From: Selaginella moellendorffii | Lineage: Eukaryota; Plantae; Lycopodiophyta | DNA: 64,000 nucleotides | Direction of reading: 5' to 3' | NCBI RefSeq assembly: GCF_000143415.4 | Contig: NW_003314262.1 | Location: 4,440,349-4,504,348 of the forward strand | Shown: one piece after another, positions 61,111 through 64,000 of the stretch | Layout of the letters: every line of letters begins with the position of its first letter | Numbering within the stretch: the stretch's first letter is position 1 | The notes under the pieces: model-generated | Told to the model about the DNA's origin: nothing | Database searches by the model: none | The model's input: the letters and a program-made list of their open reading frames with translations, nothing else | Program-made: the position numbers and the translations under genes

Positions 61111-63158
61111 GGTGTTTCCTCAAAGGGGTGCAAGGATTTCTCGATAATGTGGAAAAGAAAAGAAAAGCCCAGCCTTGGACAACTCAGATCTTCTTCTAAA
61201 TCAAGAAAAGTTACATCTGGAAAGTGAAAACTCACACGACAATGAAGTTTTTTATTCTTCCTTGCAAGATTCAAAGACAATTCTTTTGAGTTCAAAACTC
61301 TTGGAATTTCACAAACACACACAAACCAGTTTTCGTGGATGTGATGATCAAACTTTACGTCATTTCCGATCCAAAGTCAGCATTTATACTTTGGTAGACA
61401 ATGGCAGTAGATTGAAAGGCTGGCCAGCACTCTCAAGTTGTACCACGGCCAAAATGGAAGTGGTACCGATTAGACTCGTGGGAGTGGTGCAACAACAAAG
61501 CACGCCTTACCTTTGCAAAGAAACGACTCGCACAAAAACTGAAAAAAACCGGAGCCTCCTTTATACTCATTTGGATTGCAAGGCATTTGCCAGAGACAAA
61601 CTTTAGAAACGACTTTGACTCCTCGCTGACCTTGATTTTTAAAATTGTGGCTTTGTCCGAAGGAGAGCTAGATCAATGATCTGGTACAGGGGAGAAGATA
61701 AAGCCCGACCATCAAATCCACAAAGTTTAGATTGAGGTGATGATAAACTAACCTCGGAAAAAGCCCACATAGTGAGCTTCCAAGTGTAAAGCTCTTACGC
61801 ACCGAGGGAGCTGATTTGCGAGCTCCATACGGACAGTGCACAAATATCCAGGTTAGGAAAAATGCATTGTTATTATCATGGCGGCCATGATTCCATTTGT
61901 TGCTAGATTGCGGCTCGCAAGCGACCAACTTATACATGCCGTGCTAGTTTAATCTTGTAGATTCCAGGTCTTTTTCCCGCATTGCTTACAGGGCTTGCAA
62001 TAGATCAGCAGCAAGATACAAGAAAAGTTGTGCATACAATGCACCTAAAAAGCCAAACCAGTGTAAGTTCCTGTAGAGAAGGGGAGAGGTCCCCTCCTTC
62101 CATTGATGGGTATAAAGAATTAGAGGTTTTAGCTGGTTGGCATACAGTTTTGCATGCCCAGCCATTACTTTATATGCACATATTCTGCTTCATAATATAG
62201 AATCCAAGCCCAGCAGCAGCGACAGAAGCAGGAACAGGAGCAGCATAGGAACAAGGTGGTGGCAATTCATGAAATCACCAGGTGTTCCAGTGACCTTCAT
62301 TTCTCATTCTGCCGGAGCCACAAGACATCTGAAAGGAGAAAGCCAACATCATTTTGCACGCAATATATAGTAAAGCTTGCTTGCTTGCATCATCATGCCC
62401 TCTGAGCTCGCGCTTTTGAGTTGAAAGATTCAAAGAAATCGTCGAAGTTGCTCACCAGCTTACCGAGAAAACTTTGAACTTGGGATGGAGTTTGATTTGA
62501 TGGTAAGAGCTCCAAGAGGTGGCGTATAATATTGAAATGTCTTCGAAAATGTTCATTCCAAGGGAGGACATTCCTCCTTTCTTTTCATCCTTTTGGGATC
62601 GAGCTTGGTGAATCGAAATTCCCAAGAGCCATTTGATTTATCTTTTAGTCCTCCATCTAGAAAGCAAATGCCACTGGAACTCTCTCCTTACCCCCACTCC
62701 TTATAAATACATGGGCACCATTCCTGTTATCACAGGCGGCCACAAAGGGAAGAAAGGCAGTAACAGTGGGAGCAAAGTGCCGCTCCTCCTCCTTTCCTTT
62801 CTCATCTCATTGGGCAAACACCAGCCAAACAACGATCATGAGCCTCCCCTGAGTGGCAGCAGCGCGGACAACCGATTATCTCACCACCAACACCACCACC
62901 ATATTTAAGGCAGCCTCCTCTCCGAGCTCTGATATTTCCCGGCGTTTCGTCTGCTCCTCCCAAAGATATTTGAATTCCCCCGTGTGTTTTTCTTTGCAGC
63001 TTTCCTACAGCGTTGTGATCATGGTCTGGAATCTCTCTAGAGCAAAACTATAGCTGCATTGACTGGATCCTCTCCTCCTAGAGAGGAAAGTTTGGTTTTT
63101 GCTGCTGTGCTCTTAGAACAGGTCTTCAGGTTTAGAAAGGTTTAGTTCCTGCTACTCG

Positions 63159-64000
63159 ATGGTGCAAACCGTTCATCTTCTCCTCGCTGTGCTCTTGCTC
63201 TTGTTTCCATTGCCTCCAGTTCTCGCTCATGATCAATCCAGAGGCAAAGATGCTGCTGCGGCTGTTCCAAAGAACTTGGTCCTTGACACTGACCTTGACG
63301 TGGAGGATGTTTTGGCAATTCTCTACATTCTCAAGCAAAACAGATCTCTTATAAATCTCAAGGCAAGTCTTTCTGCACACGGTTTTCTTTCATCATGTCT
63401 TGCGTATCACATTGATATCATTCTTGCAACCTGCAATGCTTTTGATAAAGAAGGTGGTTCTTTTGCTGCCTTGCAGGCAATCACCTTAGACTCAAATGCA
63501 TGGGTAAATCCGGGTTTTGGAGTCAACATGGTATATGATCTCTTGTTCACCATGGGCCGGGACGACATCCCCATCGGTGTCGGAGGCGAGGGAGGCATCA
63601 CACAAGATGGCACAATCCAGCCAAATGTTGGAGGCTATGTGCCAATTATTGATCAGGTAAAATGTCTCCTCTCAAATCTTCCATGCTCTCCTTTCTCTCT
63701 CCCTCTCCTTCTTTCCACTTCTTTTGTTTGGATGGAGCACCCACAAAGTGGAAGGTTGTTCCTTTCAGAAGAAACACAAAGTTCTTCTTGAGTTTTTCAT
63801 TTCCTCCACTTCTTTTTGGTATAAACTACAGCTTATACTTTGGCAGATGCTTTACACCTGTGGGAGTTGTAGATACAGGCAAGCCATTCCACCAGGAAGA
63901 GGAGCGGGGAGTCTTGATGTGGACACGCATTATGGACTCAGAAGCCAGTTCTTACCTCAGGTAATATGCTTAAGTTCTTCCTCTTTCTCTTGTGGAACTA
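63159..64000 (+). CDS. Secreted inosine-uridine-preferring nucleoside hydrolase (NSH3-like), 5' part, runs off the window
   Basis: Signal peptide, LDTDLDVEDVLAILYILK, NAW, YDLLFTMGRDDIPIGVGGEGGI and GSCRYRQAIPPG. Confidence 0.88.

Overview
Gene-dense plant nuclear DNA with very short introns (about 50-60 nt), tiny intergenic gaps and short-motif PPR genes. These traits fit a lycophyte such as Selaginella (inference). 1-29.5 kb is euchromatic: MLO, a decayed PHT4-type anion transporter, a hAT remnant, two PPR genes, a germin-like protein, 9-unit polyubiquitin, a CUE/coiled-coil gene, a glycine-rich RRM protein, a 2OG-Fe(II) oxygenase, an anticodon-deleted tRNA-Gly and a convergent pair of TIP aquaporins. 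About 29.9-56.7 kb is a nested transposon island. It holds a pogo/DDE_1 relic, two inverted copies of a short-LTR Gypsy (one with a -1 frameshift/pseudoknot signal), an intact 1022-aa DDD-transposase-like ORF surrounded by about 12 copies of a 22-bp palindrome, solo and truncated LTRs, a long (TA)n, and a full-length chromovirus with TSD. 57-64 kb holds a PPR gene, an intronless P-loop ATPase, a PPR pseudogene and the start of an NSH3-like nucleoside hydrolase. The most striking observation is that the chromovirus integrase is interrupted by two canonical GT-AG introns (46 and 52 nt) whose removal exactly restores conserved integrase motifs. Exon boundaries and family assignments were made by eye without database searches.
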